Positions 20,883 through 34,205 of a stretch of 64,000 nucleotides of DNA are shown piece by piece. The notes below the pieces were generated by a model. It did not search any database. It was not told where the DNA came from and was given only the letters and a program-made list of their open reading frames with translations. A program made the position numbers and the translations under genes. The stretch is from Thalia democratica (taxonomy: Eukaryota), in NCBI GenBank assembly GCA_965202585.1, contig OZ241831.1, forward strand, positions 41,664,001 to 41,728,000, written 5' to 3'. How positions within the stretch are numbered: position 1 is the stretch's first letter; each line of letters opens with the position of its first letter.

Positions 20883-21838
20883 TTAATTTTTTTCGGTCTC
20901 TAGTGACGTATTTCTCGATAAGCAGTTTTTTGAATTACACGCACAATCAAAATCACGAAAATACCCTTCTCCGTACCAAATGAAGAGTTGCTCACTAGCT
21001 CTGATAGCTTTTTTGCTGATGATAAAGTTCCTAGGAATTCCATTGATCAGAGCGTACTCTGTCCTGCAATTTAATTTATCTTCGCAATCGTGGTTAATGA
21101 ACCTGGTATGGTTGCCCATTGCGCCCGCGTCAATATCAAAATTCGTGCATGTGCTGAAATAGTAGTTGGTAGCCCCTTTATTCTCACGCCACCTTTTAGT
21201 CTTTTCTTCTTTTGAAATAAGCTCGCCTGTATACTCTCCTATTATTGAGTCTGAAAATCAACAAATAATAAGTTTAATATCCAAGCTAGTAGTTTAATTT
21301 AAGAATTATTTAGTCAAAATTTTCATTATAACAAAAAAAAGTTGTACATTGAAAAAAAAGTTAAACAATGAAACTTACTTGCTGGTATAGCATGCTTAGC
21401 GAACAGCCCACGGCCCATTTTACCACTAAGATTGTCCACATAAAAATGTTTTTCAGGATCGTCAAGGCAGTCATGATTGAACTTTTTTAAACTATCCAGT
21501 TCAATAAAAGAAGCTACATGTTTTATCTCATCCAAATAAGTATCGCTTCCAATCACGAGGTGGTTCGTCCAAACATGATGCTTCTCTGTATTGAAATGAT
21601 AGTAAGGATCAAAAACGTCGTCAGGCCCTTCCTTGAATGTCCTTTTAACTTCGAATTTTCCCTCCAAAGCAATTTTCTTCCATTTTTGCTTGCTTGACGA
21701 TCGTATTTTAATGCTGAGTGGTGCAAATTTTTTCAACGTATTCCTGATTGGAACACTTCTTATAACGGCCTTCCTTGCTGTCTGCTTTTTGTAGCTTTTT
21801 ATTCCTGATTGCTTATAAAAACTTGTTTTTACTGGCAT
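20883..21838 (-). CDS. SET-domain lysine methyltransferase with post-SET Zn motif, 275 aa, 2 coding exons: complement(join(20883..21250,21379..21838))
   Basis: Donor GCAA|GTAAGT at 21378 and acceptor TTTTCAG| at 21251 define a 128-bp phase-1 intron that joins the two track ORFs in frame (460+368=828 nt). Product reads ...MGRGLFAKHAIPANSIIGEYTGELI...NYYF...IDAGAMGNHTRFINHDC...AIRASEQLFIWYG...FDCACNSKNC, i.e. GxG, EYxGE, RFINHxC, catalytic Tyr and CxCx4C motifs. AATAAA lies ~16 nt after the stop (20862-20867). A probable 5'UTR intron spans 22141 (CAG|GTATGG) to 21870 (CTAAC...TTTATAG|). Confidence 0.92.
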
Positions 21839-23561
21839 TTTATAGTTGAGAAATTTAGCATATAAATGACTATAAATATGTTAGATAAGTAATTTAAGAA
21901 ACTTATACTGTTATAATATATTTTATATCCGCAGTATGTATCATAAGTTTATCTAAAGCTTGAAAATTTCGAATGATACTTCAACCTTTTTCATATAAAC
22001 CAGGAAAAACAAATGAGTTATTAGATAAAAATCTAAAACATTATACATAAAGAGTAATATACCAGATTTTATAAATAAAACAAGTTATTATTAAATTGAG
22101 TTTTAGAAAATTCTGAATTTTAAAATGTTATTATACCATACCTGATTCCCACATCAACAGTTTTTTTTTTTAAGTGTTAAATAAACAAATTAAAATAGCA
22201 ACTATTATCAAATCCCTGTAAAAGATGATTAATAATTGATTAAGAAAATGAAGGTAGAGATGGATACCGAACTCAGATACAAAAACCAAGTTGTAAGAAA
22301 TGCAAGAAATGATAATAAACTATCAACCTAGGAAAAGATAATTGTCAATTAGAATATAAAATGCAATTGAAGCTTACAAAAAAAGAATAAGTTACAGCAG
22401 ATAATGAAAAATAAACAGCAGGTCTTATCAGTAATGAGAGAAAAAAGTATACTGTGAATCATTGCTAGTGAAACTGCAAAGCATGAAAAAAATCTGTTAT
22501 CTAATGTTAACAAAATTGAGAACTTTCAAAGGAATTTCAATTTTTAAACACAGGGTGTATCAATTGAAAGATAATGAGAAATCTAAAAATACTAACAAAG
22601 TATTACTAGAAAATAGTATTACTGTTCAACAAATTTATTTAATATTATTATTAATTTAATAAAGTGTTGGAAGGAACAAAAAAGAAAGTTAATAAAATAA
22701 TAAACATTTATAAAATTAAACTTGTTAAATATAACAACTTTAAACAAAATGACTGTTCACTTGACTTATTATATATATACACTCCTAAAACATAAATCTA
22801 ACAACAAATATAACTACATAACCTGAAACTTTATCTATACTAAGTTAACTTAACACTAACCTTAACAACTGAAAACAACTTTTTTTATGTTCGCATGCGT
22901 GTAATTGAACATTTGTGGTTTGTGGTGTGACCTCAGAACTCGAGACAACACTGTTGGGCATAGTATTTTGAGAGAATTTAGGGTTTTATAACCCGCGACG
23001 AGTTCAAAAGACTTTTTTGCTTAAATAATTTTCAAATGTTTAGGCTAACCCAGAACATCGACACCTTGTGATGAATTTCCCGTATTTTTTTTAAGTCTTG
23101 TTTTTCTAAAAGCGAAATGGTGCAATTCCGTGGATTTGAACTTACCAGGAACAAAAGAACTAGAAAAAACTTACCAGGAATAAAAGAAGGCAGGGATATA
23201 AATCTAAAAAAAGTAAAGAAAACATTTAATGCTAAAGTTTAATATAAATGAGGTTAAAATTAAACTATGTTTCTCAATAACAGAGTTTTTATTTGTTCTC
23301 TTTCTAACAATAAAATAAACAAAGAATACTTTTCAAGTGAGTCATATGATTTTTTAAATTGTTTTTTTCGAAATACTTTTTAATTTTTGTTATGATCAAT
23401 ATAAAGCTTTTGATAGTAATAGTGGTATTCTAATTACAGAACTTAATTTTGATATTGAGACTGGACAAACTTTTGTTAGTTCACAATACATATCTAGTAA
23501 CGTTAATCCATTTTAGTTTATAGTAAATGAAACTGAAAAACTACAAATATAATAAGATAAA

Positions 23562-23795
23562 ACAAATCTTCCTAAACAACAGTGTTTAACAGTTACTTGC
23601 ATATAAAAGATTTTAGAAAAGCTTAGCAGTAACATAATAGAATCGCTGGAAACAACTAGTGTTGATATTAAAGTAGCCTTCAGAACAGATTTAGTTGGAA
23701 ACTATTTCTCATTGAAAGATCGAATGGATAAATTTTACAGGAGTTGCATCGTTTACAAGTTTCAATGTCCGGGTGACCTGGATACCCAATTCAAG
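23562..23795 (+). mobile_element. Penelope-like relic, copy 2
   Basis: Offset 22465 from copy 1, same sequence. Confidence 0.65.
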
Positions 23796-26700
23796 TATAA
23801 CTCTATAATAAAAAAAATAAAAATAAAAGTTAAAGGGAAAAAATGTACCAGATAAAATATTTCTAAAGTTTAACTTAAGGTAAGTTCTAAACCTAGGATA
23901 TCTAAAGCCGTGTTTACATTTACAAAATAAATAATAAGCTATTCAAAACTATTTGCAAAAACAGTTTTAAAAGTCAAGTAAAGGTAAAACATAATAAAAA
24001 ACTGAGAAATAAATTAAAATATCAAAATTAGTCTAAAAAACATACTTTGAAACAAACATTCTAATTAACATAAATCAAAACACTCTTAAATAAAAATTAA
24101 ATGTATTTTTTTAAATTTAAAGAGTTATCAATGAAATATGCAACAAAAACAAAAAGAAAACTACTTCCTACTTAAAATTTAAATAAATAAAGTTGTTTTC
24201 AAAGCTAATTGATATAGTTTATAAACATAACACAAGATTTGCTTATTAGTAAACAGACATGTCAGTAACATAAATCAATCAAAAATAATGCAGTAATATA
24301 AAATACAGCAGAAACAGTTTCATCTGGTATGATGCGATAAATGTTGAAGTATATAACGTTACAAAAATTTAAACTCAAAGAAAGCCAGTAGTGAGGATTA
24401 GATATCAGTCAAATTCTTAAAAAAGGCAACATTGTATCTCTAGTAACTAAAAAAAACTAATTAGTCAGGTATCCTGTGAAAGTAAGTACCTAAATAGTTT
24501 AAAAGTAGCAAAAGTAATACAAATACTCCAGTCAGGCTCAAAAAAGATAACAGGAAAATATAGTATATAACAACTTCCATTTTATCTAATTTAAACAAAT
24601 CTACAATAAAAACTTATACAATAGTTCCAAAACAGTTTGTAAATTTTTTTACTAAATACAATGACCAATTTTTTTTTCAGATCAGGCTATTCTACCACCT
24701 TAGCTTTGAATGAATTAATTGAAGGAGTTCTATAACAATTTATTATAAGTAAAGCTTAATGATCAGTTTTACTAGATGTAAGTAAACTCTTAAATCTTGA
24801 TAGTGTTAGTAGAGAAGTTTTGTTTAAAACTTAGATTTCTATAGCAGTGGTCTTAAAGCTAATCAAGTTTTGTGTACACTAACCTGAAAAAAATAATTGG
24901 TGTGTCCCAAGATATAATTTTTAAAAGCGCCGGTAGTGGTGGGTCTTCGTAAAACTTTTTAATAACATGTTTCTCTCTAAAGCGATATCTCAAGTTATGT
25001 TGTGATACTATTATTTATGTTAATGAGATATGTTTTCATGGAACCCACTAGCAGCGCTAATATATCATAATTAAGTTTATTTCTACATGCAAACCTTTAA
25101 ATAACTCAAGCTGACTCTTGTTATTTGATCCAAATTTTGATGTGCTTTTCTATTTATTTTGCCTTTCTTTCACAATGAGATTTTAGTTATGTGGTTTTGT
25201 CTTACATAAATATCAGTTGAACACATCTTCGCAATCACTACAAATCCCCAGTAGAGTTCTTTTAAAATATTTTATTTAACATTAACTACATAATTAAACT
25301 AATTCTATGTCTTTAACTTTTTGTGTATTACCTACTTCAAAAAATGATATTCAAACAGAAAAATAACACATGAAAAAGGAGTTAAAAACAGATAAATTCT
25401 AAATTATGTATATGTTGTTGCTCTCCGTACAGTTGCTGTAGACATTGTTTCTTTCATAGACTAAATTTTTGCACTTCAAGAAGTTCAGGGTTGTATATGA
25501 TTGTCACTTCTTTCTGGTAAAAAAACTAAAACCTGAAAATTGAAAAATGTTTTGTTGTGAAGTTTATTACATATAACTAGTACATACTATACTATAAGTT
25601 TTAACTAGGCTTAGCATTTAATATAGAGTTTTTCACTCTTTCAAGTAAAAAAGCAATTCTGATTGACCTACAACCAGTTTGTATTTCTTTAAGCTAGTTT
25701 AAAATAAGAAAATGTTTATCTATGTTGGCTAAAAACTCAATATCAAATTAAAAATCATATGTGAATAAAACAGTAATTAACTCAACAAATACTTAATTGA
25801 AAAAATAGTTTAACATTCAGAAAAATATCAAACTAGTCTAAATTTAAATTAGCTTTTACTAAATGCTACAAACTGTTACTCTATATGCTACTTATGCAAA
25901 CTTTGGATGGTATTAGTGAGGATATTTTATACTAATGAACAAATACACAACTTAACAATAGTATAAAGGACATCATGTTTAAAAAATACTTTAAAGGGAG
26001 ACAAATCCATAACAAAGATTTTAAATCTGAGATAATATATTTTAAGAAATGTAAGCCTAGACCAGGGGTCGGCAGGCAGTTTGTGCTCGCAGGCCAAATT
26101 TCGAGTTTCAAAAATTTTAGTGGGCCGCAGTTTTGGTTTTAGTGATATGCAAAAAATATTATGGTTCTAGTTTTATTAACAATTTTAGGTTACTTTTATT
26201 CAGTTTGTTGTTTTAAAATGATTTTAGCTACACATAGAATACCTAAAAAACTTATAAACATTTATTGGAATCAAAATTTCATTGACTAATATAGTTTAGT
26301 CTTAATAAACCATGTAATATTTAAACAGTTAGTAGGTTTAATTTACTGTTTTGTAGATAATAAATTATAGTACTAAATAACTTTTAAACCTAGCTTACAA
26401 TACCTACAAACAGAATTCAAAAAGAAGAGAGCGGTTTGTTAAAAAAATAAAATTAAGAAATTATTTATATCTAAGTGTACTTCGACATAACTAGTTTTTT
26501 TTAAATTTTAGTTTAAATTAAGTAAATAATGAATTGCCACGGTTTGGATTTGCAGCGTTCTTTTGCCTTTTCATGCAAGCTGTCTGTTGAAAATGGTATC
26601 TGTTCTTGAGTCTTAGTACGTACTTTACGAGAGTGCGTACCTGCTCTATGTATGTAGTGTAGCTGGTAAACTTTATATACAATGAGCAAGATTAATACAA

Positions 26701-26821
26701 GGATAAATAAGTGCATGTGATGAAAAAAAGAATAGTTTGACTCTCTTGAGGTAGCCAAAATACAATATTTTCAACAGCAACATTTGAGCATCATACGCGT
26801 ATACATAGTGTTACACTATTA

Positions 26822-27867
26822 AGAGAGGCACTTGTAGTGTGTCAGAAAGCGAGCTGACGACCTAGTCAGCTTAGGGATTTTACAATGTAAAGCTACAACG
26901 AATAAATCCCTAGACGTCTAAGCGGGTAGACGTCGTGAAGGCGGGTTGTGTGTTAGTGTGTTTGCAGGCATACAGATTATAGCTTGAGTCGACTTGGCCG
27001 TCGACTCGAGCTAGAGTCGAAAGACCGCAGCTAGGCGATCAAAGGTCGTATAGCAGACCTCATTGAATAAGCACGAAGGGAACGTAAAGCGAGAGCAAGG
27101 CACGTACCGTCCTAAGCAAGCCGTTAAGCATAAAAGCCGCACTCTCGCAAGGCAGTATATGAACGAGCTCTGACATGATTCAGCCCAGTTGAAAGTACGT
27201 TTGAGTGCAAAGATGAATTGATTAAGGAATGCATTTCTAGAAGTGAAGCTTCGGACGGGCGACTGAAGCAGAGTAGGCGAGGTACTAGAAAATGCGAAGG
27301 TGTAGCACTCAAAATGTAACATGTAAAAAAGCGGCATAATCTCATGGTCGCTTTCAAAGTCAGAGGTCAGTTGAAGCGAAATGTTTTGGAAGGGAAGCAG
27401 GAGCTTCGAGAAAACATTTGTAAAACAGCGGGAGGTCTGTTTTTTCGAAAAGTTGTTGAAAATGAATTTTTGGGTTGTGAGAAGGGTGGAGAGAATAAAG
27501 AAAGAAAAGTTGGAAAAATTTTGAGCAAAAAAGCCGTCCGAATTCGCCCGCGGGCGAATTCGGACGGCTTTTTTGCTCAAAATTTTTCCAACTTTTCTTT
27601 CTATAATTTTTCAAAGGTGTTCGACAAAAGTCGAACGCCTTTTTTTTACCCAAAATTTTTTTTGGCTACCTCAAGAGAGTCAGAGTTTTTTGCCTAGTAC
27701 TATATATTTTTCAAAGGTGTTCGACGAAAGTCGGATGCCTTTTTTTTACCCAAAAATTTTTTAGGCTGCCTCAAGAGAGTCAGAGTTTTTTCCCTAGTAA
27801 TGATTATTTTATCAATTTCACTGATGTCTTAAATTTTGAACGTTGCTGCCGAAAGGTTAGCACCATT
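26822..27867 (+). ncRNA. Candidate structured RNA element, copy 2
   Basis: Same sequence as 5090-6135 (offset 21732). Confidence 0.5.
27499..27602. repeat. Perfect 104-bp palindrome, copy 2
   Basis: Same sequence, offset 21732. Confidence 0.97.
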
Positions 27868-30800
27868 ATTTTTTATATATAATTTTGATAAAAAATGTTA
27901 GAGTTTTTAAAATTACAACTATCAATAGCCTTATTAGAGAAATGTAGAAAATATTTTTTACTTTTGATACTTATAATAAATTAAGATTTAATTTATAAAG
28001 ATATAATCAAAACAATGATAGTAAAAAGGCTTGTTTGTTATTTGAAATATGTAAGATAAAAATATTACAAATTAAACTTTATATTTCAGGTTAGAACTTT
28101 TATATTTCAAATTGAAAATAAGTTTTAATGTTCTTAACAAAATTACGCATTGAAATTTTCAACATTTTCACGTTTCTAAGACATGCTTTATTTTTTAATA
28201 AAGTTTTAAACTAATGGGAATTTACTTACAAACGAGAACTATAAAAGTAAGCATGCCAAAAAAAAAAACTTAAGCACGTGTACATATATTACTTAACCTG
28301 ATAAGATAATAAATCCAATTGTACAAACAAAAACAAACTAAACTCGTATCTGTGCCAACGAACAACTATGTCAAAAAGAAAATTAAAAGTGTTGTTTTAT
28401 AATTAGAATTTTTTTTTGTATCTGACACTTAATGAAGCAAACTGTTTAATTCAACGTTGATACTCTTTTTAGTACTTGTGTGCAGTTTTCTATATAGTTT
28501 TCTATACAATAAACAAATTTTTAGGTAGCAGGCATTTTGATTAATTTTGTTAAACGTTTGTAATTCATTTAATTTGTTCTTAAAAATAAAAGAATATGGT
28601 TTAGTTTGTTAAATAAAACGACAAAAACCGATAAAACATTTAGTGTAGTTGAGAAACAAGTAGCTTATGTATAAAAACGATTTATGTGATTCAATCATGT
28701 AATTTAGTTTAGTTAACATAAGGCATATTTAAGTATAGACAGCTATATGTAACTATACTGATTTTGTTTGAGTCAACTATCATAGACAAGTTCTCAATTA
28801 ATGAAAAATAAAGATACTTCACATTTTTTTATACATGCGCAAGTACTTGGTAAAAACTTTAAATAACTAAACAAAAAGCTTGCGAAACATAGGCTACTCC
28901 CACAACTGATTTCTGAATACAATCTAGTTTCGTTTAGTTTTCTTTTATCGCTCGTTTTATTTATTTAATTATAAAGTTTTAAGTTTTAAACTTAAAACTT
29001 ATCGGCTCGTTAACCATTGTAAAACCATGTGGTGTACGACTCGAAAACCGAAAAGTTCTTTCGAATACCAGGTCTTTAGAAGAAACTTTTTAATGCTTTT
29101 TTTGCGGTTCAACGAACAATAAAAAATTGAAAAGGGAAGGTTAAAAAAAAGCTACTAGACGAAGTGGTCTAACGTTTTCACGCGTTGTCAAACTCTTGTA
29201 ATCAACATATTTTTCTCTATACTTAGCTAGACGCTCAAAAATGTAACGGCGACTTTTGCGAGACTAAGTGTCTGTTTCCATTATATGATCATTAAAAACT
29301 TCACTTTCAGCTAAGTTTACTTATAGAATATGGTTTTATAAAAGCATGTCTTGGTAGTTAATTATTTTGATTTAAGTAAAGTACTTGACAAATACAGGTA
29401 TTTCTCATAAAACTATTCGCAGATTTTTGACAATTACGGACGACGCAAGTTGATTTTACGAGAAAAGCTATTGAAAACAGAAAAAAAGTCTAATAAAAGA
29501 GATGAGTACAAATTATATTGAAAATAAGAGGTATACTCATTTAGACATTTTGCAATAGCGTTATGAACGCTTTTCAACAATCTATCTGGAGTATTTTAAA
29601 GTTATGTAATTTAACATAATCTAATGAACGTAAAGATAACTTATGAAAAATATAAAAATCAACAAACGTGCGAAGATTTAAAACTGTAAACTTTGAAAAA
29701 CCGTCTTTTTTTACGATCAAAGTTAAACACAATATTTTATTTAAACAAAGCGTCATGCGACTAAAATAAAGCAAATTTATAATTTAAACAAAAGAGTCGT
29801 TAATAATATAGCTTTGGTAGTTACAGCACAACACCTATGACAGAACTACTCTTATATATCTTATACTACTTAAACAACGATTACTTGTCGAATTTTTTCA
29901 TGATATTAAGGTACTTCATAAAGAGAAACATATTACAAAATAGAAGCAAATTGATTTAGTGACATTTAATTTTATACTCGTTTAATCAAAACTAACATTT
30001 AAACGGTTAAATATGTAGTTGCTATCTTGCATAGTTGGTCATTTCATGCAGTTAGTTTTTGTATATGAACTGAAGAAAGACCTAAATAAAAATATCAGAA
30101 GCGTTATCTTTTACAAAGCTTGAGCTTTATTTAATACGCAAGTGAAAACTTCCAACAAGAAACAAAATCAAATACTAAAACTATTAAGAAAGGTTGATTT
30201 AGAAATACATTTATTTTAAGAAAACATCTGTTTAATGCTCATTCCGAAGTCAATACACTGCGAAGAACAGTCCTGGACAAAAAATTTATGTAACTGTGGC
30301 GTATTAGTTGATAACCGAAAGGTTTTTCGTACACCAGGTCCTTAGATCAAACTTTTATTGAGTGTTTCTATCGACGTTCAACAAACTGACTGTACATACG
30401 AACTAACTTCCAAGCATGTATAAAAATTTTGATATATATATGGCAAGTTTCCTTCAAGTTGCGTAAACAAGTCGAACATTTGTGTAATATATTTATTAAA
30501 CGGTAATAAAAACTATGCAAGCTGTGTTAGTATAAGTGTCACTATATAATATTTCAAGAAAATTGCAGCTATACTCTGATAAATCACTTATTCGGGTAAA
30601 AATAGTTTTTTCTCAAAAACTCGATTTCATTTTATCTTTACAAGAATTCTGGACATTATGAAAAAGTTGCTTTTAAATAATGGTGATGCTTTAAAAAATA
30701 TATATACTTAAGTATATTATCCAATAATCTATTGTGTGTGTCTTAAGATATTTCTCTTGATAAAGATGCCCTCATAAATATCTTATTTTTAATACAACTT

Positions 30801-33800
30801 ACATAGTACTTATACATTTGCAAATATGAACCACAAAATATGTCCTAACTTATCGTTTCCTATCTTATGGGATCAATAAAAACTGCTACGGATAGAAATG
30901 AAGACATGTCTTCTTAAAATGAACAACATTGTACTTGTGGAAACTTTACTAAAATTAATAGTAACAATAATTTTGCTTTAAACGACTACTTTAAATCAAT
31001 TAAATAAACTAATTATCAAACCCAGAATTATTAACTCTTAAACCTAAAAATTATATAACAAACATTAAATTATAACTGACTGATAGTTTAATTTGCGATA
31101 AAACAAAAATATTTATATAAAAATTGAGATTCATTTCCGGTTGTTGCCCGTCCAGTTGCACAAACTGTTCTTCAGATCCAAGTTGCTTCCTTTAAAATTT
31201 ATTTATAGTTATACTACTTAATACCATATAGACTATTATGTTTTTTTGTTTGTTTAAAACTCTATTTGGTTGAAAAAAGACTAATTAAATATTATTTAGT
31301 TTTTAAGCATATTTTTCGGTTTAGTATAAATTAAATGCAATTCCGTGCTATTAATAAATAATACAGGCACAACTGTTATTAGATACACAAAAAGTAGCAG
31401 ACTAGCTTAAATTAATTTTTACAATAGTAATTTTTTAAAAACTTAAATAATGTCAAAGGAGTAAACTAAAACAAAAATATTTTGGAGACTTAAATTTAAT
31501 ACTAATAAATCACATAAAAAAAGCCAAAAATAATAAGGTTTTACTACTAATTACGTATTTAAAATACTTCATAAACATTAGTTTTACACTGAAAACGATA
31601 AGATACATATTAAATTAAATACTTTACCATTACTCAGAGACGATTATAAGTTTATTAATTCGGTAGACTAAAAATAATAATATTTTAGGTGTTAGGGATA
31701 TAAATTATTTTGACTTATATTTCATATATATTTATGTTAATCGAAAATTGTTAATGAAAAAACATTATACTGACGTGGAAACAAATACACCAGTGATTTA
31801 GCTCGATTAAAAGATGTAGTCCTTTTATCAATGTTTAAATAGATGTTTAATTAAAAACAAAGCATTGTCTTTGAAAAAATTTACAACCTACTAGAAATTA
31901 AATAAACATTAAAACACTATCTGAAAGCATGCTGTTTAAATAAAATGTTAAGTTAACATTACAAAAAATACTACGTTAAACCACTATCAAAGCTGCTACA
32001 ATTTTCACACAACTACTTGAAAAAGACTTACATCTTTAACTAAATAATAAATAAACCGGTAGAACTTTTTTAGTAGAGAAAGCTATAAACGAGTGTAAAC
32101 AAAATTACTTCATTTAAAATCATTTAAAATGTATGTATATGCATTTAGTATTTAACATTAATATTCTAACAAAACTTAGTAAACTATTACTAAATTTAAA
32201 TAAAAAATATTGACAAATACATTGCATTTTTATTGAAGTAGAAAACTTTTCTAAACACACTTATCAACTACTGTTGTGTTTAACTAAGCTATAAATAGTA
32301 TTAACATGTATTAAAGTTACTTATTGGTTACTTCATTATAAGTTTAAATAAAAATGTGAAATAAATACTGTTTAAATAAAAATTTTTTGAAAATTAAATA
32401 GACAATACTTTTTAAGCATAAGTTAATAGAAAACAACTTAAGATGGTAAAAGGATATTACAATAAAGTATATACATATGAAACTTTTAGAGTCAATAATA
32501 ATAATAGATAAGGCTATGAAAACATTAGAAGTAAAATATAATCATCTGAACTTAAATAATTACTTATGTAAAAGGAATAAAGCAAGTTATGTATTTAAAA
32601 ACTAAAATTTCAGAACATGTTATAGTATACTTACGCAATTAAAAAAAGTATTTAAAGTAAACTGAACAAAAATATTTAAACATTAAAAAAAAACAACTAT
32701 AACAGTTTGTACAAGTTAGTATTGTAAACTATTAATAAAAAGAATATGTTATTATCTATACATAGTAATACTTATTCATTTAACATAACTTTTTTCCTTT
32801 ACATTAATTTGGTAAAAAAAGAAGTATTGCTATGTAAAAGTATACTAAAAATAAAAAATATTTTAAATTAATTACTAATAAATTTTAAAGTTATTTCTAT
32901 ACTTTCTTTTATTAGTAAAATTATTAAAATTTTATTAAAGGCTGAAACTTTTTAAATATTGACTCTCTAATAAGTCAAGTATGTTAATCAATAATTCTAA
33001 CTACCTTTCTTAACTCCGCCAGTTGATAGTTTGTAGCGCTGATAGAGGTCACTTCGGCTTACGTGTGTCATCAAAGCTCCGTGTCACTCAAACTTATTTC
33101 CTTCCACAACATGTTTACTTGACTGTAAAATAAATATATTATAATTCATACACATTTGATTAAAGTTTTATAAAAATTGAAATAACTGGTTAATAATCTA
33201 ACTGTTTTAAAAAGTTAACTGATTGTTAAAGTTTGTGCGAGTTTAAAACTAAAAAAAACTTACTTGGACACACAAACTTGCTAAACTTAAACCTTGAGAC
33301 TTCCAGTCTCCACAGTGTGCTCAGTAGGGTTCATAAAAATTATTTTACTGTAAACAACTAATCAAGTCAGATGAAAAATGTGTTTGTAATTAAAGCTGTT
33401 TTCTTTTGTGAATATTGGAAAAGTCCAGTTATAACATAAATTTTAAAAGTTCTTATTTTTAGACATTCAAAAGATGACAAAACACTGTCTTTATAGTGAA
33501 TTGTCCACAACTTTAGTTTTATTTATTTAGTTTGCACAGCTTCTGAAAGCATAAAGACCACTATGACCTGCAAGCACAATAGAAGTAAACAGTTTTTAAA
33601 TATACTAATAAAAAAAATAGCATATTAAGTAATGTGTTACATAAAATGATAAACTAGTATCAAAGTGTCATTATTGCTCCTTCTCTTTTTTACTAATAAC
33701 AAGTTGCAATTTAATAAAACAAAACAAAGAGCATAGTTGCACAATTTAATTTTTTTTAATAAACTTTAAAATGTATCAGATGTCAAATTATAGATGGCTA

Positions 33801-33953
33801 CAATTCTTTTTTGTAAGATAATGAAAGTAAAGTTCTGACTTTTTAAAGCTACCTAGATAAGGTTATGAGTTTTTATGTTTAGTTTAAAATCTTCACCAAC
33901 TCACTTTTAAATCTATATAAATTTTCTAAAGCTTTGATGTTATTGTTATACAC

Positions 33954-34205
33954 CAGGGTTTCCCAAACTTTTTTACTAATGGCCCCCTTCAACATATAGG
34001 TTACTCAAAAACTACGAAAAAATACACATATGAGCTTTTTTTTTGCTCTTCAACTGCAACTCCAGAATATCTAGTGTAAGTTTCAAGTTATAGCCTCATG
34101 GCCATGGCCCCCCTGTGGCTCCTTTACTGCTCATGGCCCCCCCTCTTCCCCCTTTGCTGCTCATGGCCCCCTAGGGGGCCACTTTGCCAACTTTGGGAAA
34201 CCCTG
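33954..34205. mobile_element. hAT-type MITE, copy 2
   Basis: Same TIR and TSD, offset 21732. Confidence 0.88.

Larger units (their letters stand above)
1..22465 (+). repeat. Tandem ~22-kb unit, copy 1 (long variant, 22,465 bp; boundary set by window start)
   Basis: Position 1 (tagtgaaactgc) recurs at 22466 and 44198. Every ORF in the track recurs at offsets of +22465 or +21732 and +44197 with identical translation. Confidence 0.97.

Noticed and set aside
20980-21162. 60-aa plus-strand ORF
   Set aside because: Antisense shadow of SET exon 2.
21326-21378. C-terminal SKFHCLTFFSMYNFFLL of the 170-aa ORF
   Set aside because: Read-through into the intron after the GTAAGT donor. The spliced form restores the SET domain.
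21839-22180. N-terminal coding extension of the SET gene through the upstream exon
   Set aside because: The frame is open across the putative 22142/21869 junction but hits TAA shortly upstream with no in-frame ATG, so it was treated as 5'UTR.
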